Shown in pieces: positions 19,241-29,319 of a stretch of DNA of 47,829 nucleotides (position 1 is the stretch's first letter; every line of letters starts with the position of its first letter). Source of the stretch: Candidatus Avigastranaerophilus sp. GTDB taxonomy: Bacteria > Cyanobacteriota > Vampirovibrionia > Gastranaerophilales > Gastranaerophilaceae. Location: positions 1 through 47,829 of the forward strand of contig JAZSQW010000003.1 of the NCBI GenBank assembly GCA_045538205.1, read 5' to 3'. Under the pieces are notes generated by a model, which did not search any database, had not been told where the DNA came from, and saw only the letters and a program-made list of their open reading frames with translations. A program made the translations under genes and the position numbers.

Positions 19241-19818
19241 AATATAATATCGGTTATATGTGGTTGTTCTTCTTTTATATCTTCTTTGGGTTCTTTGGCT
19301 AAGTAGTGACACTTGTAATATAGCCTACCCTTTGTAATATGTCCCTTATCTTCTAATTGCTTTAAGTATTTGCTGGTAGTTTGTCGGGTAATACCCATTC
19401 TATTAGCTATGCCTTCTATGGTGGTTTCTGCTATATCATTTATTCCTATTTCCGCTATCAGTTGTAGGTAAATCAGTACACCCTTTTCTTTTGGCTTCAG
19501 TTCCTGTACAAGTAAATCTGGATTCAACATCAAAAAATCTTTGGACTTTGGTAATGTGTATTCATTAAATACATAATCATTCACTTCTGATTTAAGCTGT
19601 ATGTAGTCCAGAAAGCCGTTTGTTTTTAATCTCTTTACAGCATCTTCCACTTTGCTTAGTGCTATGTTGTATTTGTCTGCTATAGTCCTTAATCCTATTC
19701 TGGATTTGTGTGTAGTGCTATCCTTTTGAAAGTCTATAGCTGCATATACCAGTACATCTATGAATTTAGTTCCTGTTTTCAATGCCAGAAATTTTCTTGG
19801 TATTTGAATAAACCTCAT
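19237..19818 (-). CDS. tandem winged-helix DNA-binding protein (replication initiator or regulator)
   Basis: Two wHTH-like segments (LRTIADKYNIALSKVEDAVKRLKTNGFL; IANRMGITRQTTSKYLKQLEDKGHI). No TAG; TGA stop. Confidence 0.65.
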   Translation of the reverse strand: MRFIQIPRKFLALKTGTKFIDVLVYAAIDFQKDSTTHKSRIGLRTIADKYNIALSKVEDAVKRLKTNGFLDYIQLKSEVNDYVFNEYTLPKSKDFLMLNPDLLVQELKPKEKGVLIYLQLIAEIGINDIAETTIEGIANRMGITRQTTSKYLKQLEDKGHITKGRLYYKCHYLAKEPKEDIKEEQPHITDIIL

Positions 19819-19957
19819 AGTTTGCCGATGTAGGATTATTAGTTAAAATAAAATCTTCTGTGAACTTGAACAATCTGTTAAATAAGCCAGTACCAAAGTG
19901 TATTTTGGCTTCTTTTCGGTTCTGGAACACCTGCCCAGTTGGTTTGTAAATAATCAT
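19766..19957 (-). CDS. small hypothetical protein, first gene of the leftward operon
   Basis: 63-aa ORF overlapping the next gene by 52 nt. No TAG. Confidence 0.45.
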   Translation of the reverse strand: MIIYKPTGQVFQNRKEAKIHFGTGLFNRLFKFTEDFILTNNPTSANYEVYSNTKKISGIENRN

Positions 19958-20044
19958 TCGTTTTTCTTCAAATTTGGTTAGTTTGCTAATCTAAAAATGA
20001 AAATTCATCTAAAAAGAGTGCCTAAAGTCGTAATGTTAAATTTT

Positions 20045-20098
20045 GGGTACTATTCCATACAAAGGTATTTTTGATGTATGGATATGTACCCATTTTTT
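20045..20098 (+). terminator. long hairpin plus T-run (GGGTAC..TCCATACA..TGTATGGA..GTACCC ATTTTTT)
   Basis: Read directly. No annotated + gene upstream, so possibly a small-RNA end. Confidence 0.4.
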
Positions 20099-20114
20099 AA
20101 CATTGACCTTTTAT

Positions 20115-20143
20115 GATAAGATTTCGTTTGAATCTTATCTTTT
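20115..20143 (+). terminator. 9-bp hairpin GATAAGATT-TCGTTTG-AATCTTATC followed by TTTT
   Basis: Read directly. Confidence 0.4.
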
Positions 20144-20353
20144 CGGCTAAGTGAGCCTTTGAAAATTAAAATTATGAGTAGCTTTTTGTAACTGTAATCT
20201 TCTGATTATCATCTATACAAGTATATTCACAATTCTGGGCGATTCCAAATAAATATAGCGGAATCTTTGTTTGGCTGGCTGGTATGCCGCTAATCTCTGC
20301 CAGGCACTGACCGACCTGCCGAGCCAACCGAAATTTGGCGAAAAGAAGCCGAT

Positions 20354-20764
20354 TTAGTCCGCTGGGGTACTTTCCACCGTAATAGCCGCTTTTCTACCCT
20401 GCTGTAGATTACTTTTTAGTATAGAAGTTAGTAATGTTTCATATTTGGTGGAATTGAGAACTTTACCCTTCACTTTGTTTTCACCTACCAGAATACAGCC
20501 ACTGGTATCATTTGGAGTATTACCACGGTGTATTAGTATTCCTTCAAAGTTTGGCACATTAAGTAATCTGGGTAAATCCCTTTTGAATTTGGGCGATCTG
20601 TTTACTATGACTTCATAAGTGCCTTCTGGAATGGCTGTTTTGTGCATTATCTTCTTTTCTCTTACGGTATCTTCCAACGTATCACAGAAGTACTACCCAT
20701 CTATATAAAGTCTGCCTATTGTGTAATCTGTTTTTTGTGCTATTCGTTTTAAAAGTAGATTCAT
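20354..20764 (-). CDS. DUF5675-like / YkuD-fold putative cell-wall hydrolase (recoded, 1 TAG)
   Basis: Track ORF 20354..20677 extended upstream through one TAG: [23 protein letters not shown][TAG][12 protein letters not shown]... Motif [19 protein letters not shown] resembles the H...SxGC L,D-transpeptidase-fold site. Confidence 0.65.
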
Positions 20765-20790
20765 TTGTTTGTCAATACATTAATTATGAG

Positions 20791-20798
20791 TAATTTTG
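20791..20798 (+). promoter_or_regulatory. -7 box TAatTTTG
   Basis: 22 nt upstream of the ATG at 20820. Confidence 0.45.
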
Positions 20799-20819
20799 CA
20801 GCATATAAATAAAAGCAGG

Positions 20820-21341
20820 ATGAAAACTTATCTATTTGACACATTCAACAGATATAAAAGATTCAGTGAAAAACTGGATGCTAAGACTATTCTTTGTAAT
20901 AAATCTTGGTGGGTGTTTAATGATTCTGGAGAAAAAGAAGTGTATATTTTTAATACAGATGGTTCTTTAATTATATCCGTATCTGGTAAGGTGACAAATG
21001 CCACTTGGAAGTATATTCCTGCAAATAAATCTATCATTATTGCCGCTGGTGAAGAATCTTATATGGTTATTCCTGCTTTTGTGGATAGCAATATATTAGC
21101 TCTACAGATAGATGGTACTGATGAATTTGCTTTTCTGATTGATGAACAGAATATACAGAAATTCCTGCCTAAAACTTTATTAGAAGTACACCAATATTTT
21201 GAAGACAAGGAAGCAAAAGAAATTGAAGCTAAAATTATTAAAGAAAGAGAATTGAAAGAAACAGAACAAACAGATAAAAGGCTTGTTATCTGTCTTTTTA
21301 TTCTTGCAGGTGTGTGTGTTCTTATTGAATTATTATTTTAA
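20820..21341 (+). CDS. C-terminally membrane-anchored hypothetical protein (TAG-free island inside the recoded block)
   Basis: MKTYLFDTFNRYKRF... with C-terminal TM segment LVICLFILAGVCVLIELLF. TAA stop. Confidence 0.65.
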   Translation: MKTYLFDTFNRYKRFSEKLDAKTILCNKSWWVFNDSGEKEVYIFNTDGSLIISVSGKVTNATWKYIPANKSIIIAAGEESYMVIPAFVDSNILALQIDGTDEFAFLIDEQNIQKFLPKTLLEVHQYFEDKEAKEIEAKIIKERELKETEQTDKRLVICLFILAGVCVLIELLF

Positions 21342-21624
21342 AATGTAATTTCTAATGACATTCTTTGCAAAGGCTTTGCAAATTATGAAAGTCGTATGCC
21401 TTTTGTAATCTCATATTTCCTGTATAATTCATAAAACTATCTATGTGGTGAACATCTACAGCAGGTTTCACTATACCAGCCTGTAGGCACTATTCACAAA
21501 GTGGATTTGCCATTAGCTTTGCCTACCTTAGTTTCTTCCATTTTGCAGACTGATACACCTTCTGTCTATCCTGCCTGTTAAATGTTCTGGATTTCTGCTT
21601 TGATGGCTTCTATAAAGTTGGCAT
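21322..21624 (-). CDS. phage HNH endonuclease (recoded, 4 in-frame TAG; alternative start at 21648)
   Basis: Invisible in the track. Own translation: ...RQDRQKVYQSAKWKKLR[Q]AKLMANPLCE[Q]CLQAGIVKPAVDVHHIDSFMNY...NLQSLCKECH[Q]KLHFK. Ends in TAA and overlaps the 3' end of the convergent gene 20820..21341. Confidence 0.75.
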
Positions 21625-21967
21625 TTGTTGTAGGTGTTGGTTCTTCATATTCGGTATCTGGAAAATCTTTATCTTCTATTGGTATCACCATATAGTTTGT
21701 AACCTTACTATCTCTATAATATGCACCCTTTAATAAGTTGAAGTAGTATTTGTACTACTATATAAAGTCCTTATCTGGGTTGTAATTGTATGTCAGTTTA
21801 AGATAAGTATCATTAAATATATCTTCATCCGTTTCTGACTTCACCAGCATAGAATGTAACTGCTGGTAGTGTTTGGTAAGTAGTCTGCTTACTTCTGGGT
21901 TATATAGGGCTTTTTCTACATTAACCTACATTCTTTTCCACTAATCCCAGTTATTAACCTGCTGCAT
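21578..21967 (-). CDS. hypothetical protein, 129 aa (recoded, 4 TAG including a tandem TAG-TAG); weak sigma region-2-like pattern
   Basis: MQQVNNWD[Q]WKRM[Q]VNVEKALYNPEVSRLLTKHYQQLHSMLVKSETDEDIFNDTYLKLTYNYNPDKDFI[QQ]YKYYFNLLKG...IQNI, TAA stop. Confidence 0.6.
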
Positions 21968-22127
21968 TGTTATACTTCTTAATGTAATCTGAAATAAAGT
22001 ATCTTACAAGTTTAGCTTTTGGTAGCTGTAAATCTTTAGACATTCTGTTTAGTTCCTAATCTTGGTTAGGGGTTAATCTTACAGTGATTCTGTTACTTTT
22101 GTTCTTTGTTTTATCGGTATTTCTCAT
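21954..22127 (-). CDS. ribbon-helix-helix (Arc/MetJ-like) DNA-binding protein, 57 aa (recoded, 1 TAG)
   Basis: MRNTDKTKNKSNRITVRLTPNQD[Q]ELNRMSKDLQLPKAKLVRYFISDYIKKYNNAAG, TAA stop. Confidence 0.6.
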
Positions 22128-22154
22128 ATCCATTAATTTATAGGTTTATATAAA

Positions 22155-22162
22155 CAAATATA
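22155..22162 (-). promoter_or_regulatory. -7 box TAtaTTTG (minus strand) for the RHH-HNH block
   Basis: 28 nt upstream of the ATG at 22127. The 22128-22282 gap is a divergent control region and possibly the cos region. Confidence 0.4.
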
Positions 22163-22282
22163 TTCTTTGCAGAAGTGTTCCCAAAATATTTTTATCTGAT
22201 TTTTTATTTGGCTGCCATATAACTGTATTATTAATGAAAAACGAATTAACAAACTGATTATTAACAATAAAACTAATTATTT

Positions 22283-22660
22283 ATGGCAAAATTTAAGATA
22301 CCTACAGACATTGAAAAGGATGCAGTGGAATATATGAAGAATGTGCTGCAACAGTTAGAAGATAACGGTGTTTTGGAAAATGTAGATAGTGCTGCATTAA
22401 CAATGCTGGCCAGAAACTACAGTATGTTTATCAAAGCATCCAAATAGCTTGAAAAAGATGGATTAACAGTAACCAGTGACAGGGGAAACATAGCACCCCA
22501 CCCAGCTATAAAGATTGCCAAAGATGCACAAATACAGGCTATGAAAGTAATGGCAGAATTTGGGCTTACTGCCAAAGCCAGAACCAAATTAAAGATAGAT
22601 AAGGCAGATGAAGATTCACCGTTTGAAGCGTTTGTAAAGGCTGGTAAAGAAGTTAGATAA
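22283..22660 (+). CDS. terS: terminase small subunit, P27 family (recoded, TAG at 22445-22447)
   Basis: MAKFKIPTDIEKDAVEYMKNVLQQLEDNGVLENVDSAALTMLARNYSMFIKASK[Q]LEKDGLTV...HPAIKIAKDAQIQAMKVMAEFGLTAKARTKL. TAA stop overlaps the next ATG (TAATG). Confidence 0.8.
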
Positions 22661-23277
22661 TGGGCAAATTAAAGAAGAATCCTATTCTGGATGATGCAGG
22701 TAAGATTATAGGGTATGAAGCACCAACAAAGGATATACAGATAATGGTATGTGACAAGAAAGAAGCGGATGCCATAATTATAGCAAACCACTATTCACAC
22801 AAAGCCACAAAGAACAGCTTTCTTTCTTTTCTGGTGTATTACAAAGATAAGGTAGCTGGGGCTTTACAAGTCGGTTATGGAATCCGACCAAAGAAAAAGG
22901 GTACACTGAATCCAGACGAAGTTAGGGAATTTGATAGAATGTGGCTATCTGATGAAATGCCGAAATATTCGGAAACTATCACTTTATCCCTGCTACACCA
23001 TTATCTAAGGAAAGTACACCCAGAAGTAAAGTATCTGATTAGCTATGCAGATAACAGTAGTGATGTAGGCAATGAAGGGACTATTTATAAGGCTGCAAAC
23101 TACAAACTGATAGACAAAGTAAAATCCGATTTCTACATACTTGAATCTGGTGAACGAGTACACCCAGTAACGATGTGGCACAGACACGGAACAAGAAAAT
23201 GGGCTTTCCTACAGTAGCAGTACCCCAACATTAAAAAGGCTGATGGATTCCAGATGAAATACCTGTTTGAATTATGA
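22660..23277 (+). CDS. Mom-like GNAT-fold DNA-modification protein (adenine methylcarbamoylation family), recoded (TAG at 23215-23217)
   Basis: ANHYSHKATKNS...REFDRMWLSDEMPKYSET...LISYADNSSDVGNEGTIYKAANY matches the family pattern as I remember it. TGA stop in an ATGA overlap with terL. Confidence 0.6.
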
Positions 23278-24893
23278 AGTATTATCAATATGCAGAAGAT
23301 GTAATAAATGGAAAGATAGTAACAGGCAATGCCATTAAGTTAGCCTGTAAACGGTTTTAGGATGATTTGCTAAGGGATGATTTGGAATTTAGGGAAGATA
23401 AGGTAGAAAGAGCCATACAGTTTATAGGTACACTGAAACACTTTACAGGCAAACACAGTGGTAAGTGTTTCAAGTTGGAAAGCTGGCAACAGTTTATAGT
23501 AGCCAATATAGTAGGCTGGTATTATAAAGGCACTAATAACAGAAGATTTACCAGCAGTTACATAGAGGTAAGCCGAAAACAGGGTAAAACTGCTTTGGCT
23601 GCTGCTTTGTGCCTTTACTACCTTATTGCAGATGGTGAAGATGGTGCTGAAGTACTTTTGGCTGCAAACAGTAAAGATTAGGCTAAGATTGCTTTTGATA
23701 TGTGCAGCAAGTTTACAAAGGGGTTAGATCCCAAAGGAAAGTATCTTACTGCTTACAGGGCTGATATTCTATTCGGAATGACGAACAGCAAACTGAAAGT
23801 ACTGGCTGCTGATGATTCTAAATTGGATGGCTTTAATGCCAGCTTTGGCTTATTGGATGAATACCACGCAGCAAAGAACAGCAAAGTAAGAGACGTTATA
23901 AAGTCCAGTATGGGAATGAGACAGAATCCCCATTTATGTACTATTACCACTGCTGGCTTTGACAAGTCTTTGCCCTGTTACCAGCTAAGAAGTGTAGCCA
24001 TAGAGATTTTGAACGGACTAAAGACAGATGATGAAATGTTTATAGCCATATACAGTTTAGATGATGCTGATGATTGGAGGGAAGAAAAGAACTGGGTTAA
24101 ATGTGCTCCGAATTTGGATATTACTGTTACCAGAAAGTATATAAAAGGACAAGTTCAACAGGCTATTAATAATCCTGCTGATGAAGTTGGGGTAAAGACC
24201 AAAACACTTAATCTGTGGTGTGACAGTTCTAATGTGTGGCTACCAGAAGAATACATTATCAAAAGCAGTCAGCAGGTGGAACTGGAAAAGTTTTCTGGAA
24301 TGGATTGTTATATAGGTGTGGATTTGGCTGCTACCAGTGACTTAACAGCAGTTTCTTATTTGATTGTTTCTGATGGCAAATATTACTGGAAAACCCACTA
24401 TTATCTTCCAGAATCGGCACTTATTGAAAAGGCAGACAAAGAATTGTATAAATACTGGAAGCAGATAGGGATATTAACTGTGACCAGTGGAAATGTTACG
24501 GATTATGACTACATTACTAATGACATTATGAAGTATGCAGAAATAGTGAATATACAGGCTGTAGGGTATGACAAATACAATGCAACACAATGGGCTATAG
24601 ATGCAACAGCAGAAGGTTTGCCATTAGAAGAATATCCGCAAACATTAGGTAATTTCAATATGCCGACAAGGGAACTGGAACGGCTGGTTATGTCTGATAG
24701 GGCTGTAATTGATAATAATGAGATTACCCGATTCTGTTTCAGAAATGTAGTGCTTAAATCCGATTATAACGGTAATGTAAAGCCGAATAAAGCAATAGAT
24801 AAGAAAAAGATAGATGGGGTAATAGCTATGATACAGGCATTAGGAATGTACCTTAGAATCCCACATTACAGTAATGAAATAACAACTATTTGA
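23274..24893 (+). CDS. terL: terminase large subunit (recoded, TAG at 23358-23360 and 23679-23681)
   Basis: Three same-frame pieces joined. ...KQGKTALAAALCLYYLIADGEDGAEVLLAANSKD[Q]AKIAFD... (Walker A-like region plus KDQA motif), nuclease half in 23700..24893. TGA stop. Confidence 0.9.
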
Positions 24894-26102
24894 ATGAAGA
24901 TAGGTAACTTAGAAATTAATTGGAACAAACAGCCAGTAGTAGAAGAACGTAGTTTCTTTGATTCTTTGATGTATAACAGTAATGGTAGTTACAGCACTAA
25001 TAAGGCTATGCTTTTATCTACAGTTTACAGGTGTGTAGATGTAATCAGCGATTCAGTAGCCCAGTTACCATTAGAACCATATTACAAAGATAAGTTTGGC
25101 TATAAGATGAAATTTGTGGATCATCCTACTTACTACCTGCTTAACAAAGAGCCAAACGGCAAAATGAGCAGATTTACCTTTATAAAGACTTTGGTAGTAA
25201 GTGTATTACTAAATGGTAATGGATATGCCTATATAGAACGAGATAATAAAGGTGATGCTATATCCCTATAGTATATCCCTTCAGAATATGTTACCATTAC
25301 TGAAGTAAAGAACGGTATCAAATACAGTGTGGTAGGTATCAAAGGGCTGGTAGAACCCTGTAATATGATACACCTTCTTAACTTTAGTTATGATGGCATT
25401 AAGGGTATCAGTACATTAACCCACGCAAGGCAGACTTTAGGACTTTCAGCAGACAGTGAAGCCCACGCTACAGGATTCTTCAAAGGTGGTGCAAATCTGG
25501 CTGGTATATTGAAAGTACAAAGTATATTAACTGGCAAACAGAAAACAGACTTAAAAACAAGCTGGCAGACTGCTTTTAGTCCTACAACTGGTACACCCAA
25601 CGGAGTAGCAGTACTTGAAGGAAATATGGACTTTTAGCCCATTACAGTAAACCCTGCTGATGCACAACTGTTAGAAACCAGAGAATTTAACGTAATTGAT
25701 ATTTGTAGGTTCTTTGGGGTATCACCAGTTAAAGCATTTGATTTGAGTAAATCCAGTTACAGTACAGTAGAAGCTACACAACTGGCTTTCCTCACTGACA
25801 CCTTAGCACCCTTATTAGAAAAGATTGAACTGGAATTTGAACGGAAACTGTATAAACCATCCGAAAGAAAGAATATTGAAGTAAGATTTGATACTTCTGT
25901 ACTGCTTAGAGCCGACAAAGCAAGTTTAGCCAGTTATTATAATACACTATTCCAGATTGGAGTGATAGCACCTAATGAGATTAGAAGGGAATTGGATTTG
26001 CCAGCCTTGGAGAATGGAGATAAGACCTTTGTACAAGTGAACGTACAAACTTTGGAAAATGCAACAAATAACATTAAAGATGAAGGAAACACGCAGCTTT
26101 AA
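24894..26102 (+). CDS. portal protein, HK97 family (recoded, TAG at 25269-25271 and 25635-25637)
   Basis: Track ORFs 24894, 25329 and 25743 share one frame. Colinear portal pattern (...GGANLAGILKV...VLEGNMDF[Q]PITVNPADAQLLETREF...). TAA stop. Confidence 0.85.
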
Positions 26103-26631
26103 AATTGAACCATTAAAAGAAGATAGCAGAACCATAGAAGGCTATGCTATTGTATTTAATGCTGAATCCAGAGACTTAGGAGGGTTCACGGAATAGATAG
26201 AACCTACAGCTTTGGAAGGCATTATAGAAAAATCTGATATTCTTTGCCTTCTTAATCACAATGAAGATAGAGGTGTTTTAGCCAGAAGTAAGTTTGGTGA
26301 AGGCAGTTTGGAACTGATGGTAGATGACATTGGACTTATGTACAGATTTGAAGCACCTAATACGGCTTTGGGGGATGAACTGTTAGAAGGCATTAAGAGA
26401 GGTGATATTAGTACCAGTAGCTTTGCCTTCACTGTAGAAAAAGATACTTGGATTAAAAAGGATGATGGCAGTTATTTACGGACTATCAATAGCTTCAAAG
26501 AATTGTTTGATGTATCACCTGTATATAAAGAAGCCTACCCAGATACCAAAGTAGCGGTAAGAAAGATGCAGGATATGGAATCTGAAGGGCTTAAATCTTA
26601 CTTTGATGAACTTAAAAAGAAATTGGTATGA
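26080..26631 (+). CDS. prohead serine protease, HK97 family (recoded, TAG at 26194-26196)
   Basis: MKETRSFKIEPLKEDSRTIEGYAIVFNAESRDLGGFTE[Q]IEPTALEG...LLNHNEDRGVLARS... TGA stop in an ATGA overlap. Confidence 0.8.
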
Positions 26632-27800
26632 ACACATTAGAGTTATTGGATAAGAAACAGCAACTGAAACAGAAGGCAGAAGAACTGATAGCAGGTGCTG
26701 AAACTGCTGTAAGAAAATTGAATGAAGGGGAACAGGCAGAATTTGAATCTATCCTTAAAGAGATAGAAGAAACAGATGCACAAATTAGAAAGATAGAAAC
26801 AGAGAATTTAAAGCAAACAACAAGTAAAAGAAGTATGGAAAAGTTTTCATTATTGAAGGCTATTAACGATGTAGCCAACAACAGACAATTAGACGAAAGA
26901 GCACAAGAAGTAGTTAATGCTGGTATTTCTGAAATGCGTAAAGCAGGACAAAACTACAGTGGATAGATTGTATTACCGATGGAAGTAAGAGCCGATATTC
27001 AAGCTACTGTAGAAGGTGCAGGACAAGAAAACGTAGCTGAAGATAAGTTAGGAATCTTAGAGCCATTAAGAGCAAATTTAGTATTGGTTAATGCTGGTGC
27101 TTCATATATGACAGGCTTACAGGGTAATGTTTCTATTCCTGCTTATTCAGGTTCAAATGTCACTTGGGAAGGTGAAGTAGCAGATGCCAAAGATGGTGCT
27201 GGCACATTTACAGAAGTGAACTTAGAGCCAAAGAGATTAACGGCTTATATTGATGTATCTAAGCAGTTCTTGATTCAAGACAGTAACAGTGCAGAAGAAA
27301 TGCTTAAACGTGATATTGTATCTGCCATTAGCAACAAATTGGAAGCAACTATTTTAGGTACTGAAGCTGGTTCTGCTACTATGCCTGCTGGTATGTTGAA
27401 CGGTGTTTCTGCTGATTCTGCTGCTATCACTTACGAAGATATTGTAGGTATGGAAGCCGAATTAGAAAAGGAAAATGTAAGAGGTGACATTAAATTCATT
27501 GTATCACCATCCGCAAAAGCCACTTTAAAGACTACTAAAATTGATGCTGGTTCTGGTAAGTTCGCTATGGAAGGTAACGAAGTAAACGGTTATCCAGTGC
27601 TTTGTACTTCTGCTGTAGCTGATAAGGGTGTTATCTATGGTAACTTCAGTGATTTGGTAATAGGACAATGGGGAGGTATAGATCTTACTGTAGATCCTTA
27701 TACACAGGCTGCTAAGGGTAAGGTAAGATTAGTGATTAATGCCTACTTTGATGCCAAACCACGCAGAGCAGAAGCATTTGTAAAGAAAGTGTTAGCTTAA
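26628..27800 (+). CDS. major capsid protein, HK97 fold (recoded, TAG at 26964-26966)
   Basis: N-terminal delta-like coiled coil followed by ...NYSG[Q]IVLPMEVRADIQATVEGAG... and a long capsid body. TAA stop. Confidence 0.85.
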
Positions 27801-27826
27801 TACAGTTTGTTAATAATAAGTAAGCT

Positions 27827-28129
27827 ATGTATTTGACTTTGGAACAAGTGAAGAAACATCTACTTATAGATGATGATTTTGTAGCGGATGATTCATATAT
27901 TACAGACTTGATTACTGTAGCACAGGATTCAGTTTCACAGCATTTAGACATAGCTTTGGAAGAATTAGAAGCAGGTGGGACTTTGCCACCTGCTGTAATT
28001 CACGCTATGTTATTAATGATTGGAAACTTATATACCAACAGAGAACCTGTAACAGTCGGTTCTGTGGTTAAGATTCCCTATACTTATGAATATCTGGTAG
28101 GACTTTACAAACACTATGAAATAAAATGA
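27827..28129 (+). CDS. head-tail connector (gp6-like)
   Basis: MYLTLEQVKKHLLIDDDFVADDSYITDLI... is a typical gp6-like start. No TAG. Confidence 0.7.
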   Translation: MYLTLEQVKKHLLIDDDFVADDSYITDLITVAQDSVSQHLDIALEELEAGGTLPPAVIHAMLLMIGNLYTNREPVTVGSVVKIPYTYEYLVGLYKHYEIK

Positions 28130-28437
28130 GGGCTGGCAGTTTACGTTATCCGATAATCATACAGAAGCCTGTAGCCATTAAAAATGAATATGGTGCTACT
28201 ACTAATAGCTGGTAGGACTATATACTAACAAGGGCTGATATTCGGTTTGATTCTGGCAACAGGCTTAATGAAAACAGTGAGATTATCCACAGCTATACAA
28301 AGACTTTCATAGTAAGACACTACCACCCTATTACAGAGAATATGCGGATTATATACAAGGGTAAGAAGTACAGAATCCTTTGTATCAATCCAGAGACATT
28401 AAAGCAGACAATAATAACGGAGTTAATCAATGAATGA
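28126..28437 (+). CDS. head-tail adaptor / head closure protein (recoded, TAG at 28213-28215)
   Basis: Not in the track. MRAGSLRYPIIIQKPVAIKNEYGATTNSW[Q]DYILTRADIRFDSGN... ATGA overlaps at both ends. Confidence 0.7.
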
Positions 28438-28936
28438 CACAATTACAGTAGATGCCAAACAGGTACTGGACTTATTCAAAGAACTGGATAGCAGGAAACA
28501 GAAGAAAGCCTACAGAAACGCTTTAAGAAGTGCTGCCAACATTCTTACTAAGGAAACTAAGCGGTAGCTTAAATCCAGACTGGGGAAAGCTGCCAACAGT
28601 AAAAACTGGTGGAACGGTAAGACCTTAGTAAGTGGTGTTAAATCCAGTGCCGACAAAGAAGGGACTGAATCAAAGGTACACATTATGGGGGACTTCAGAT
28701 TAAAGTTCTTTGAAATGGGTACATAGGAACGATTCACCACAGGCAGTAACAGTGCCAGTGTAAGGGGAAAAGACCCAGTAAGAAGGCAGAAAGTACCAGC
28801 AAGCAGGGGTAAAATCACAGCATCCTACTTTTTCAGAACAGCCAAAGAACTTAAAGAAAAAGAAGTGTTTGATAGTATGAACAGGCTGCTTTCTTAGTCT
28901 ATTGTAAGAGTAGCCAACAAACATAAAGGCAAATGA
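28430..28936 (+). CDS. HK97 gp10-family tail-completion protein (recoded, 3 TAG)
   Basis: Not in the track. ...YRNALRSAANILTKETKR[Q]LKS...FFEMGT[Q]ERFT...LLS[Q]SIVRVANKHKGK. TGA stop. Confidence 0.7.
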
Positions 28937-29319
28937 ATTTACAAGTAGGAAAAGCCATATTCAGTATTCTAAGTAATGATGCTGATTTGGTGGAAAAGGT
29001 GGAAAACAAAATATATCCGTTAATAGCAGATGTAAATACTACTTTCCCTTTTATTGTTTACAGAAGAAACGGTATTGAACCATTAAACAGCAAAGACAGA
29101 TTCACAATCAATACCACGACATACATAAGCATAGTAGTAGCTTCTGATAAATATGATGAAAGTATAGAGATAGCGGAAAGAATTATTAAGGCTTTAAGTA
29201 AGGGAACATATTAGGGGATAATGGATATAAGTTTAGTAGATGCTGATGAAGATTATATAGATGATACGTTTATTTAGACTTTAACTTATAACATAAAGAC
29301 TGATGGCAAATATAATTAA
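28933..29319 (+). CDS. tail terminator-like protein (DUF3168-like) (recoded, 2 TAG)
   Basis: Track ORF 28933..29214 extended through TAGs at 29212 and 29275 to the TAA at 29317. Overlaps the next gene start by 17 nt. Confidence 0.6.

Noticed and set aside
19997-20074. 25-aa + strand ORF MKIHLKRVPKVVMLNFGYYSIQRYF in the control region.
   Set aside because: It is short, has no recognisable features and ends inside a hairpin. It cannot be told apart from chance.
20262-20345. GC-rich stretch tested as a tRNA or as a read-through extension of the YkuD-like gene (same frame stays open after its TAA).
   Set aside because: There is no cloverleaf and no start codon. TAA is a genuine stop everywhere else in the element. 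It is kept only as part of the non-coding-region finding.
21342-21577. A first minus-strand reading gave MEETKVGKANGKSTL-TGA-IVPTGWYSETCCRCSPH..., which suggested TGA might also be recoded.
   Set aside because: This was the wrong frame. The +1 frame gives a clean HNH endonuclease with only TAG interruptions, and TGA is used as a true stop in several ATGA overlaps elsewhere.
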